A stretch of 64,000 nucleotides of DNA, from contig OZ038378.1 of NCBI GenBank assembly GCA_964036045.1, forward strand, positions 167,586,001-167,650,000. Reading direction: 5' to 3'. Made by a program: the position numbers and the translations under genes. Positions 27,789-38,967 of this stretch are shown here, piece after piece. Below the pieces are notes generated by a model. The model did not search any database, was not told the origin of the DNA, and was given only the letters and a program-made list of their open reading frames with translations. Numbering within the stretch: position 1 is the first letter of the stretch; the number at the start of each line of letters is the position of its first letter. The DNA comes from Eutreptiella sp. 'Long Island Sound 2002'. Its lineage: Eukaryota; Protista; Euglenida.

Positions 27789-28170
27789 GCATGCCAGGGA
27801 TGGGGTGGGATGGGGTGGGATGGGATGGGGTGGGATGGGATGGGATGGGATGGGATGGGATGGGATGGGATGGGATGGGGTGGGATGGGATGGGATGGGA
27901 TGGGATGGGATGGGATGGGATGGGATGGGATGGGATGGGATGGGATGGGATGGGATGGGATGGGATGGGATGGGATGGGATGGGATGGGATGGGATGGGA
28001 TGGGGTGGGATGGGATGGGATGGGGTGGGATGGGGTGGGATGGGATGGGATGGGGTGGGATGGGATGGGGTGGGATGGGGTGGGATGGGATGGGGTGGGA
28101 TGGGGTGGGATGGGATGGGATGGGATGGGATGGGATGGGATGGGATGGGGTGGGATGGGATGGGGTGGGA
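27789..28170. repeat. (GGGAT/GGGGT)n pentamer array
   Basis: Direct reading. Confidence 0.95.
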
Positions 28171-28399
28171 TGTTTGTTTGGTATCTGGTATCTGGTTGAC
28201 CCGCCCGAGGCTCCGACACAGCCGACTCCCAACCACCACGCGGCGGCTTACTCGGTCCCGCCAGGGTGGGTCGAAGCGGGCGGCCCATGCCTGCACCCTG
28301 CGCCACCAGGGGCTGACACCTGCCGTAGTTTCAGGGTGGGGAGGGGGGGGGCTCCGCTGGTCCGGGGGCTGTGCTGGGTGCCCGGGGCGCCGTGGGCGA

Positions 28400-31300
28400 G
28401 GCTGTCACACAGGGGCGCAGTATGGGACTGCGCTGGGGCGCTGCGAGGCCCGGGGCAGGGGTGCAGCATGCGGCTGCGCAGGGGGCGCAGCGTGGAGCTG
28501 CACAGGGGTGCTGCCTGGAGCTGTAGTGGGCGCAGCGGCTGCGCAAGGGGCGCAGCGTGGGATTGCGCTGGGGCAGAGCGTGGGGCTGTGCAAGAGGCGC
28601 GGTATGAAGCTGCGCTGGAGCGCAGCATGCGGCAGCACCGGAGCGCAGCGTGGGGCTCAGCTGGTGCGCTGCGTGGGGCTGCCCAGGGCGCAGCGTGGGA
28701 TTGCTCTGGGGCATGGTGTGGAAATGCATGGGCGCAGCGTGGGGCTGCGCAGGGGCGCAGCATGGGGTTGCGCAGGGGCGCAGCGTGGGGCTGCGCAGGG
28801 GCGCGGGCGCAGCATGGCGCTGCGCCGGGGCGCGGCGTGGGGATGCGCAGGGGCGCAGCGTGGGGCTACGCAGGGGCGCAGCGTGGGGCTGCGCATGGGG
28901 CTGCGCAGGGGCGCAGCAGCGTGGGGCTGCGCAGGGGCGCAGCATGAGGCTACGCAGGGACGCAGCATGGGGCTGCGCAGGGGCACAGCGCAGGGCTGCG
29001 CATGGGCGCAGCATAGGGCTGCGCAAGGGCGCAGCATGGGGCTGCGCAGGGGTGCAGCAGCATGGGGCTGCACAGGGGCGCAGCTGCGTGGGGCTGCGCA
29101 GGAGCGCAGCAGCGTGGGGCTGCGCATGGGGCGCAGCAGCGTGGGGCTGCGCAGGGGCGCAGCATGAGGCTACGCAGGGACGCAGCATGGGGCTGCGCAG
29201 GGGTGCAGCAGCATGGGGCTGCGCAGGGGTGCAGCAGCATGGGGCTGCGCAGGGGCGCAGCAGCGTGGGGCTGCGCAGGAGCGCAGCAGCGTGGGGCTCC
29301 ACAGGGGCGCAGCAGCGTGGGGCTGCGCAGGGGCGCAGCATGAGGCTGCGCAGGGACGCAGCATGGGGCTGCGCAGGGGCGCAGCGCGGGGCTGTGCATG
29401 GGCGCAGCATGGGGTTGCGCAGGGGCGCAGCGTGGTGCTGCGCACGGGCGCAGCATGAGGTTGCGCAGGGGCGCAGCAGCGTGGGGCTGCGCAGGGGCGC
29501 AGCGTGGGGGTGCGCATGGGGCTGCGCAGGGGTGCAGCTTGGGGCCGTGCTGGGGCGCCGCGTGGGGCTGCGCAGGGGCGCAGCCTGGGGCTGCGCATGG
29601 GCGCGGCATGGGGCTGCGCAGGGGCGCAGCGTGGGGCTGCGCAGGGGTGCAGCGTGGGGCTGCGCTGGTGCACAGCATGGCGCTGCGCAAGGGCGCAGCA
29701 TGGGGCTGCGGATGGGCGCAGCATGGGGCTGCGTATGGGCGCAGCATGGGGCTGCGCAGGGGCGCAGCATGGGGCCGCGCAGGGGCGCAGCATGGGGCCG
29801 CGTATGGGCGCAGCATGGGGCCGCGAAGGGGCGCAGCGCGGGGCTGCGCAGGGGCGCAGCAGCGTGCGGCTGCGCAGTAACGCAGCGTGGGGCTGCGCAT
29901 GGGCACAGCATGGGGCCGCGCAGGGGCGCAGCATGAAGCTGCGCAGGGGTGCAGCATGGGGCTGCGCAGGAGCGCAGCGTGGGGCTGCGCACGGCCGCAG
30001 CATGAGGCTGTGTAGGGGCGCAGCATGGGGCTGCGCAGGGGCGCAGCGTGGGGCTGCGCAGGGGTGCAGCGTGGGGCTGCGCTGGTGCACAGCATGGCGC
30101 TGCGCAGGGGCGCAGCATGGGGCTGCGGATGGGCGCAGCATGGGGCTGCGTATGGGCGCAGCATGGGGCTGCGCAGGGGCGCAGCATGGGGCCGCGCAGG
30201 GGCGCAGCATGGGGCCGCGAAGGGGCGCAGCGCGGTGCTGCGCAGGAGCGCAGCAGCGTGCGGCTGCGCAGGGGCGCAGCAGCGTGCGGCTGCGCAGGGG
30301 CGCGGCGTGGGGCTGCGCAAGGGCGCAGCATGGGGCTGCGCAAGGGCGCAGCAGCGTGGGACTGCGCAGGGGCGCAGCATGGGGCCGCGTATGGGCGCAG
30401 CATGGGGCTGCACAGGGGCGCAGCATGGGGCTGCACAAGGGCGCAGAAGCGCGGGGCTGCGCAGGGGCGCAGCAGCGTGGGGCTGCGCAGGGGCGCAGCA
30501 GCTTGGGGCTGCGCAGGGGCGCAGCATGGGGCTACGCAGGGGCGCAGCAGCTTGGGGCTGCGCATGGGCGCGGCATGGGGCTGCGCAGGGGCGCATCGTG
30601 GGGCTGCGCAGGGGTGCAGCGTGGGGCTGCGCTGGTGCGCAGCATGGCGCTGCGCAGGGGCGCAGCATGGAGCTGCGGATGGGCGCAGCATGGGGCTGCG
30701 GATGGGCGCAGCATGGGGCTGCGCAGGGGCGCAGCATGGGGCCGCGCAGGGGCGCAGCATGGGGCCGCGTATGGGCGCAGCATGGGGCCGCGAAGGGGCG
30801 CAGCGCGGGGCTGCGCAGGGGCGCAGCAGCATGCGGCTGCGCAAGGGCGCAGCAGCGTGCGGCTGCGCAGTGGCGCAGCGTGGGGCTGCGCATGGGCACA
30901 GCATGGGGCCGCGCAGGGGCGCAGCATAAAGCTGCGCACGGGCGCAGCATGGGGCTGCGCAGGAGCGCAGCGTGGGGCTGCGCACGGCCGCAGCATGAGG
31001 CTGTGTAGGGGCGCAGCGCGGGGCTGCGCAGGGGCGCAGCAGCGTGCGGCTGCGCAGTAACGCAGCGTGGGGCTGCGCATGGGCACAGCATGGGGCCGCG
31101 CAGGGGCGCAGCATGAAGCTGCGCAGGGGTGCAGCATGGGGCTGCGCAGGAGCGCAGCGTGGGGCTGCGCACGGCCGCAGCATGAGGCTGTGTAGGGGCG
31201 CAGCATGGGGCTGCGCAGGGGCGCAGCGTGGGGCTGCGCAGGGGTGCAGCGTGGGGCTGCGCTGGTGCACAGCATGGCGCTGCGCAGGGGCGCAGCATGG

Positions 31301-34300
31301 GGCTGCGGATGGGCGCAGCATGGGGCTGCGTATGGGCGCAGCATGGGGCTGCGCAGGGGCGCAGCATGGGGCCGCGCAGGGGCGCAGCATGGGGCCGCGA
31401 AGGGGCGCAGCGCGGTGCTGCGCAGGAGCGCAGCAGCGTGCGGCTGCGCAGGGGCGCAGCAGCGTGCGGCTGCGCAGGGGCGCGGCGTGGGGCTGCGCAA
31501 GGGCGCAGCATGGGGCTGCGCAAGGGCGCAGCAGCGTGGGACTGCGCAGGGGCGCAGCATGGGGCCGCGTATGGGCGCAGCATGGGGCTGCACAGGGGCG
31601 CAGCATGGGGCTGCACAAGGGCGCAGAAGCGCGGGGCTGCGCAGGGGCGCAGCAGCGTGGGGCTGCGCAGGGGCGCAGCAGCTTGGGGCTGCGCAGGGGC
31701 GCAGCATGGGGCTGCGCAGGGGCGCAGCAGCTTGGGGCTGCGCATGGGCGCGGCATGGGGCTGCGCAGGGGCGCATCGTGGGGCTGCGCAGGGGTGCAGC
31801 GTGGGGCTGCGCTGGTGCGCAGCATGGCGCTGCGCAGGGGCGCAGCATGGAGCTGCGGATGGGCGCAGCATGGGGCTGCGGATGGGCGCAGCATGGGGCT
31901 GCGCAGGGGCGCAGCATGGGGCCGCGTATGGGCGCAGCATGGGGCCGCGAAGGGGCGCAGCGCGGGGCTGCGCAGGGGCGCAGCAGCATGCGGCTGCGCA
32001 AGGGCGCAGCAGCGTGCGGCTGCGCAGTGGCGCAGCGTGGGGCTGCGCATGGGCACAGCATGGGGCTGCGCAGGGGCGCAGCATAAAGCTGCGCACGGGC
32101 GCAGCATGGGGCTGCGCAGGAGCGCAGCGTGGGGCTGCGCACGGCCGCAGCATGAGGCTGTGTAGGGGCGCAGCATGGGGCTGCGCAGGGGCGCAGCAGC
32201 GTGGGGCTGCGCAGGGGCGCAGTGTGGGGCTGCGAAGGGGCGGAGCAGCGTGCGGCTGCGCAGGGGCGCGGCGTGGGGCTGCGCAAGGGCGCAGCAGCGT
32301 GGGACTGCACAGGGGCGCAGCATGGGGCCGCGTATGGGCGCAGATGGGGCCGCGCAGGGGGGCAGCATGGGGCCGCGTATGGGCGCAGCATGGGGCCGCG
32401 AAGGGGCGCAGCGCGGGGCTGCGCAGGGGCGCAGCAGCGTGCGGCTGTGCAGGGGCGCAGCAGCGTGCGGCTGCGCAGTGGCGCAGCGTGGGGCTGCGCA
32501 TGGGCACAGCATGGGGCCGCGCAGGGGCGCAGGATGAGGCTGCGCAGGGGCGCAGCATGGGGCTGCGCAGGAGCGCAGCGTGGGGCTGCGCACGGCCGCA
32601 GCATGAGGCTGTGTAGGGGCGCAGCATGGGGCTGCGCAGGGGCGCAGCAGCGTGGGGCTGCGCAGGGGCGCAGTGTGGGGCTGCGAAGGGGCGGAGCAGC
32701 GTGCGGCTGCGCAGGGGCGCGATGGGGTTGCGCAAGGGCGAAGCAGCGTGGGACTGCGCATGGGCACAGCATGGGGCCGCGCAGGGGCGCAGCATGAAGC
32801 TGCGCACGGGCGCAGCATGGGGCTGCGCAGGAGCGCAGCGTGGGGCTGCGCACGGCCGCAGCATGAGGCTGTGTAGGGGCGCAGCATGGGGCTGCGCAGG
32901 GGCGCAGCAGCGTGGGGCTGCGCAGGGGCGCAGTGTGGGGCTGCGAAGGGGCGGAGCAGCGTGCGGCTGCGCAGGGGCGCGGCGTGGGGCTGCGCAAGGG
33001 CGCAGCAGCGTGGGACTGCGCAGGGGCGCAGCATGGGGCCGCGTATGGGCGCAGCATGGGGCCGCGAAGGGGCGCAGCGCGGGGCTGCGCAGGGGCGCAG
33101 CAGCGTGCGGCTGCGCAGTGGCGCAGGGGGGGGCTGCGCATGGGCACAGCATGGGGCCGCGCAGGGGCGCAGCATGAAGCTGCGCACGGGCGCAGCATGG
33201 GGCTGCGCAGGAGCGCAGCGTGGGGCTGCGCACGGCCGCAGCATGAGGCTGTGTAGGGGCGCAGCATGGGGCTGCGCAGGGGCGCAGCAGCGTGGGGCTG
33301 CGCAGGGGCGCAGTGTGGGGCTGCGCAGGGGCGCAGCAGCGTGGGGCTGCGCAGGGGCGCGGCGTGGGGCTGCGCAAGGGCGCAGCAGCGTGGGACTGCG
33401 CAGGGGCGCAGCATGGGGCCGCGTATGGGCGCAGCATGGGGCCGCGAAGGGGCGCAGCGCGGGGCTGCGCAGGGGCGCAGCAGCATGCGGCTGCGCAGTG
33501 GCGCAGGGGGGGGCTGCGCATGGGCACAGCATGGGGCCGCGCAGGGGCGCAGCATGAAGCTGCGCAGGGGCGCAGCATGGGGCTGCGCAGGAGCGCAGCG
33601 TGGGGCTGCGCACGGCCGCAGCATGAGGCTGTGTAGGGGCGCAGCATGGGGCTGCGCAGGGGCGCAGCAGCGTGGGGCTGCGCAGGGGCGCAGTGTGGGG
33701 CTGCGCAGGGGCGCAGCAGCGTGGGGCTGCGCAGGGGCGCGGCGTGGGGCTGCGCAAGGGCGCAGCAGCGTGGGACTGCGCAGGGGCGCAGCATGGGGCC
33801 GCGTATGGGCGCAGCATGAAGCTGCACAGGGCCGCAGCATGGGGCAACACAGGGGCGCAGAAGCGCGGGGCTGCACAGGGGCGCAGCAGCATGGGGCTGC
33901 GCAGGGGCGCAGCGTGGGGGTGCGCATGGGACTGCGCAGGGGTGCAGCTTGGGGCCGTGCTGGGGCGCCGCGTGGGGCTGCGCAGAGGCGCAGCCTGGGG
34001 CCGCGTATGGGCGCGGCATGGGGCTGCGCAGGGGCGCAGCGTGGGGCTGCGCAGGGGTGCAGCGTGGGGCTGCGCTGGTGCACAGCATGGCGCTGCGCAA
34101 GGGCGCAGCATGGGGCTGCGCAAGGGCGCAGCATGGGGCTGCGGATGGGCGCAGCATGGGGCTGCGCAGGGGCGCAGCATGGGGCCGCGCAGGGGCGCAG
34201 CATGGGGCCGCGTATGGGCGCAGCATGGGGCCGCGAAGGGGCGCAGCGCGGGGCTGCGCAGGGGCGCAGCAGCGTGCGGCTGTGCAGGGGCGCAGCAGCG

Positions 34301-36330
34301 TGCGGCTGCGCAGTGGCGCAGCGTGGGGCTGCGCATGGGCACAGCGTGGGGCCGCGCAGGGGCGCAGCATGAAGCTGCGCACGGGCGCAGCATGGGGCTG
34401 CGCAGGAGCGCAGCGTGGGGCTGCGCACGGCCGCAGCATGAGGCTGTGTAGGGGCGCAGCATGGGGCTGCGCAGGGGCGCAGCAACGTGGGGCTGCGCAG
34501 GGGCGCAGTGTGGGGCTGCGAAGGGGCGGAGCAGCGTGCGGCTGCGCAGGGGCGCGGCGTGGGGCTGCGCAAGGGCGCAGCAGCGTGGGACTGCGCAGGG
34601 GCGCAGCATGGGGCTGCACAGGGGCGCAGCATGGGGCTGCACAGGGGCGCAGCATGGGGTTGCACAGGGGCGCAGAAGCGCGGGGCTGCGCAGGGGCGCA
34701 GCAGCGTGGGGCTGCGCAGGGGCGCAGCAGCTTGGGGCTGCGCAGGGGCGCAGCGTGGGGCTGCGTAGGGGCGCAACGTGGGGCTATGCAGGGGCGCAGC
34801 GCGGGGCTGCACAGAGGCGCAGCAACGTGGGGCTGCGCAGGGGCGCAGCATGGGGCTGCGCAGGGGCGCAGCAGCGTGGGTCTGCGCAGGGGCGCAGCAG
34901 CGGGGGGCTGCGCAGGGGCGCAGCTTGGGGCTGCGCATGGGCGCAGCATGGGGGCGCAGCATGGGGCCGCGCAGGGGCGCAGCAGCTTGGGGCTATGTAG
35001 GGGCGCAGCATGGGGCTGCGCAGGGGCGCAGCAGCGTGCGGCTGCGCAGTGGCGCAGCGTGGGGCTGCGCATGGGCGCAGCATGAAGCTGCGCAGGGGCG
35101 CAGCATGGGGCTGCGCAGGAGCGCAGCGTGGGGCTGCGCAGGGCCACAGCATGAGGCTGTTTAGGGGCGCAGCATGGGGCTGCGCAGGGGCGCAGCAGCG
35201 TGGGGGTACGCAGGGGCGCAGTGTGGGGCTGCGAAGGGGCGGAGCAGCATGCGGCTACGCAGGGGCGCGGCATGGGGCTGCGCAAGGGCGCAGCATGGGG
35301 CTGCGCAAGGGCGCAGCACCGTGGAACTGCGCAGGGGCGCAGCATGGGGCCGCGCAGGGGCGCAGCATGGGGCTGCACAGGGGCGCAGCATGGGGCTGCA
35401 CAGGGACGCAGAAGCGCGGGGATGCGCAGGGGCGCAGCAGCGTGGGGCTGCGCAGGGGCGCAGCGTGGGGCTGCGCAGGGGCGCAGCGTGGGGCTGCGCA
35501 GGGGCGCAGCAGCTTGGCGCTGCGCAGGGGCGCAGCAGCTTGGGGCTGCGTAGGGGCGCAGCAGCTTGGGGCTGCGTAGGGGCGCAACGTGGGGCTGCGC
35601 AGGGGCGCAGCGCGGGGCTGCACAGAGGCGCAGCAACGTGGGGCTGCGCAGGGGCGCAGCAGCGTGGGTCTGCGCAGGGGCGCAGCAGCGGGGGGCTGCG
35701 CAGGGGCGCAGCTTGGGGCTGCGCATGGGCGCAGCATGGGGGCGCAGCATGGGGCCGAGCAGGGGCGCAGCAGCTTGGGGCTGTGTAGGGGCGCAGCGGC
35801 GTGGGGCTGCGCAGTGGCGCAGTGTGGGGCCGCTCATGGCCGCGGCATGGGGCCACGCATGCGCGCGGCGTGGGAGTAAGCCGGGGAGAAGCGCGGGGCT
35901 GCGCAAGAGCGCTGCGTGGGGCTGTGCAGGGGCGCAGCAGCATGGGGCTGCGCAGGGGCGCACCATGGGGCTGCGCATGGGCGCAGCATGGGGCCGCCCA
36001 GGGGCGCAGCATGGGTCTGCGCATGGGCGCAGCAGCGGGGGGCTGCGCAGGGGCGCAGCGTGGGGCTGCGCAGGGGCGCAGCATGGGGCTGCGCAGGGGC
36101 GCAGCATGGGGCTGCGCAAGGGCGCAGCATGGGGGCGCAGCATGGGGCCGCACAGGGGCGCAGCAGCGTGGGGCTGTGCAGGGGCGCAGCGTGGGGCCGC
36201 GCATGGGGGCGGCATGGGGCCACGCATGCGCGCGGCGTGGGAGTAAGCCGGGGAGAAGCGCGGGGCTGCGGAAGAGCGCTGCGTGGGGCTGCGCTGGGGC
36301 TCAGGGTGGGGCAGCGGTGGGGCGTAGTGT
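28400..36330. repeat. GC-rich satellite of ~23-bp degenerate units (ggggcgcagcatggggctgcgca) with higher-order duplications
   Basis: Direct reading; identical translated blocks recur 1180 bp apart (30025/31205) and 380 bp apart (32886/33266). Confidence 0.95.
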
Positions 36331-36410
36331 GGGACTACGCACGGCAAGGGGGGCAGAGTGGGAGGGGGTAGCAGGAGCAGGGGTACGCCTCACCACAGGC
36401 TTTTGGCGCA

Positions 36411-36673
36411 CCCTGCAGCACGTCACCACCGTGCGGGGGGCGGTCAGCGTGCGTGGGATGCCAAGAACCTGTGGTGAGGCATCCCCCCCCCCAGGGAGGG
36501 CTGGTGTGGGGTGCCTGCAGCCTGTGGCTGAGCGCCCCCCGACCCACTGCCCTGCACCCAGCGCCCCTGTGCCCTTGGCCCTGTGCCCGGGGGGGGGGGG
36601 GGTGCCTCACCACAGGTTCTTGGCATCCCACGCACGTTGACCGCCCCCCGCACGGTGGTGACGTGCTGCAGGG
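36411..36673. repeat. Long inverted repeat (~80-bp arms, ~100-bp spacer), foldback/MITE-like
   Basis: 36411-36492 is almost exactly the reverse complement of 36592-36673; extra copies of cctcaccacagg near 36388, 36690, 36731 and 36778. Confidence 0.8.
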
Positions 36674-37179
36674 CGGGAGGGGGGGGATGCCTCACCACAG
36701 GTTCTTGGCATCCCCTGCACGCCGGCAGCGCCTCACCAGCAGGTTGTTGGCAGCTGGGCAGGGGGGGGGGGGGGTGGCCTCACCACAGGTTGTTGGCCGG
36801 GCGCCCCAGTGGGGCGTAGATCAGGTCGGGGAGCCGGCGGGAACTCACGCGCGGACTCCCCCTGATGGGGAGGTGACTGCTGACCTGGTGAACGCCACCG
36901 GAGCCGACGCTCGGCCAGGGCGTCGGCCAGGCCAGGGGGTAGGGGGGGGGCGCTCAACTGGCCAACGGAGGCTGTTTTTAACGGGGCCATGTCAGTTCAT
37001 GGCCCGGGGCGCACGGGGATGGGTCCCGAGTCTCGCCCCCGGTGGTTCTTGGTCGTGCTGCTGGGGGGGGGGGGGGGGGTTGTGGAGCTGTTTTGCTGGA
37101 ACGGGGGGCGTTCCAAGGAAGGTGAGCAGCCCTCCTGTGGCAAAACCCAGCGCGCCTCTACGCTGGGGAACCACCGCGG

Positions 37180-37487
37180 ATGGGGTGGGATGGGGTGGGA
37201 TGGGGTGGGATGGGGTGGGATGGGATGGGATGGGGTGGGATGGGATGGGATGGGGTGGGGTGGGATGGGATGGGATGGGATGGGATGGGCAGGGATGGGA
37301 TGGGATGGGATGGGGTGGGATGGGATGGGATGGGATGGGGTGGGATGGGATGGGATGGGATGGGGTGGGATGGGATGGGATGGGATGGGGTGGGATGGGA
37401 TGGGATGGGATGGGGTGGGATGGGATGGGATGGGATGGGGTGGGATGGGATGGGATGGGATGGGATGGGGTGGGATGGGATGGGGTG
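37180..37487. repeat. (GGGAT/GGGGT)n pentamer array
   Basis: Direct reading. Confidence 0.95.
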
Positions 37488-38967
37488 TTTTGTTTTGTTT
37501 TGTTTTGTTAAAAACGCTTTGGCCAGATTCGTACTGGTCCCCTCCCGGGTATACCCATCTTCGCTGGTGGTTGCATTCTTGCCCTTACCTGCCCTCTACG
37601 TCCTTCATACCTTCTCAGTTGGTTGCCAAAGAAAACAAAACAAACCGCCGCTCTGCCCGGCTGTCCCCTGACTATCTTGTGTCATGTGTATTCTGATATG
37701 GCACTGGTCGCTACCCCTTTTGGTCCTACGAAAAAAAAAATTTATTTTCTCTGATAAGGACATCTGTACGTACACAGCTACAATCTGTCAGCAGGGATCA
37801 CGCGCACAGCACTACACTGACACGAACACTCTCATTGCTTCTGAAATTCTGCTTGCAATCGCTGTCATCTGTTATTTGGAACTGCTGCCGTGCACCAGGT
37901 TAACCACCGTGGTAGAACTCGTGCGGACTGACGCAAGGTCCCTTGCGAACCTCCTGCCCGGTCACTGTGTCTACACACGGTCCCATATATACGCTTATGT
38001 ACGCAAATATATTGCGTGTGCCGATGGGCAGCATGGGTTGTGAACCCCTGCATGTACCGCTTCGCACTGCTTCACTGCTTACCTGACACCTGGGATGTCT
38101 GGTGCTCTCCGCTTGAGACACACACAAAAAAAAAAAACAGGACAAAAGTAAGACATTCAACAGAAACCACAAAATGGTGGTAACATCATAATAGTAATAA
38201 TAGTATCATGAAACAGACTGGCACCCTCTGGCTCAGTCGCGCTCTGTTGTGTCCTGTAATTAATGAATGCGTTGCCCCCTTACTTACCGCCTGGTGTAAG
38301 GCTGGTGCCACTGGGACACGGCCCCTTTGCCTTTCAGCCCGTTCCTTCCTCCCTTGCCACCGGCTTTCCACGTTTCGCGGCGCACGAACCCGCTGTTCGG
38401 TGGTCGCCTCACTTGACTGTACCCTGTTGCCTCGTTGCGACCTGCAAAATACACGCAATGGCCGCGCACTTGTCAGGCTGTACCCCCTGCACTCCTTCGA
38501 AATCTCTAACGGCCCATCCTACTGCCACCCCCAGTACATCCAGGCACCACAGATGAACTCCACTATCCTTGCGACACCCCCTCCAGCCCCACTCGCTATG
38601 GACTAGGCACCAGTACATTGTTTTCCCCTGGGTGCCTCTACGCACTGCCTCACTAGCAACAGCACTCACCGGACCTGCTGCCTGACCCATCCATACATCT
38701 GGTACTCTGGGGTTCCACTCCGTTGCATGAATGCCGTCTCCTGTTTGCAACGGCAGCGCTAGAGTGCTTTCTGCCCTAGGCCTGATGGCTGAACTTAGTA
38801 CCCACCATACTGGGAACTCTGCAGGTTTCGCCCCTCTGCGTCTTTTGGGGTTGATTCCTGATACTACTCTGCAGTTCGTTCCTGCTCACCATCCACACAG
38901 GATGCTCGGCCGCACCGGGCTGTGCGCACCCGCTTCGTCTCAGGAGTGCACCATGACGTGAGCCGCC

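Noticed and set aside
27471-28306. HPIPS/GMGWD repeat ORFs (also 36989-37696)
   Set aside because: Translations of (GGGAT)n microsatellites.
28331-36347. 2103-aa, 2465-aa and 1476-aa ORFs and many overlapping + ORFs
   Set aside because: Translations of a stop-poor GC satellite, open in several frames on both strands; low-complexity PHAAPLRSP repeats.
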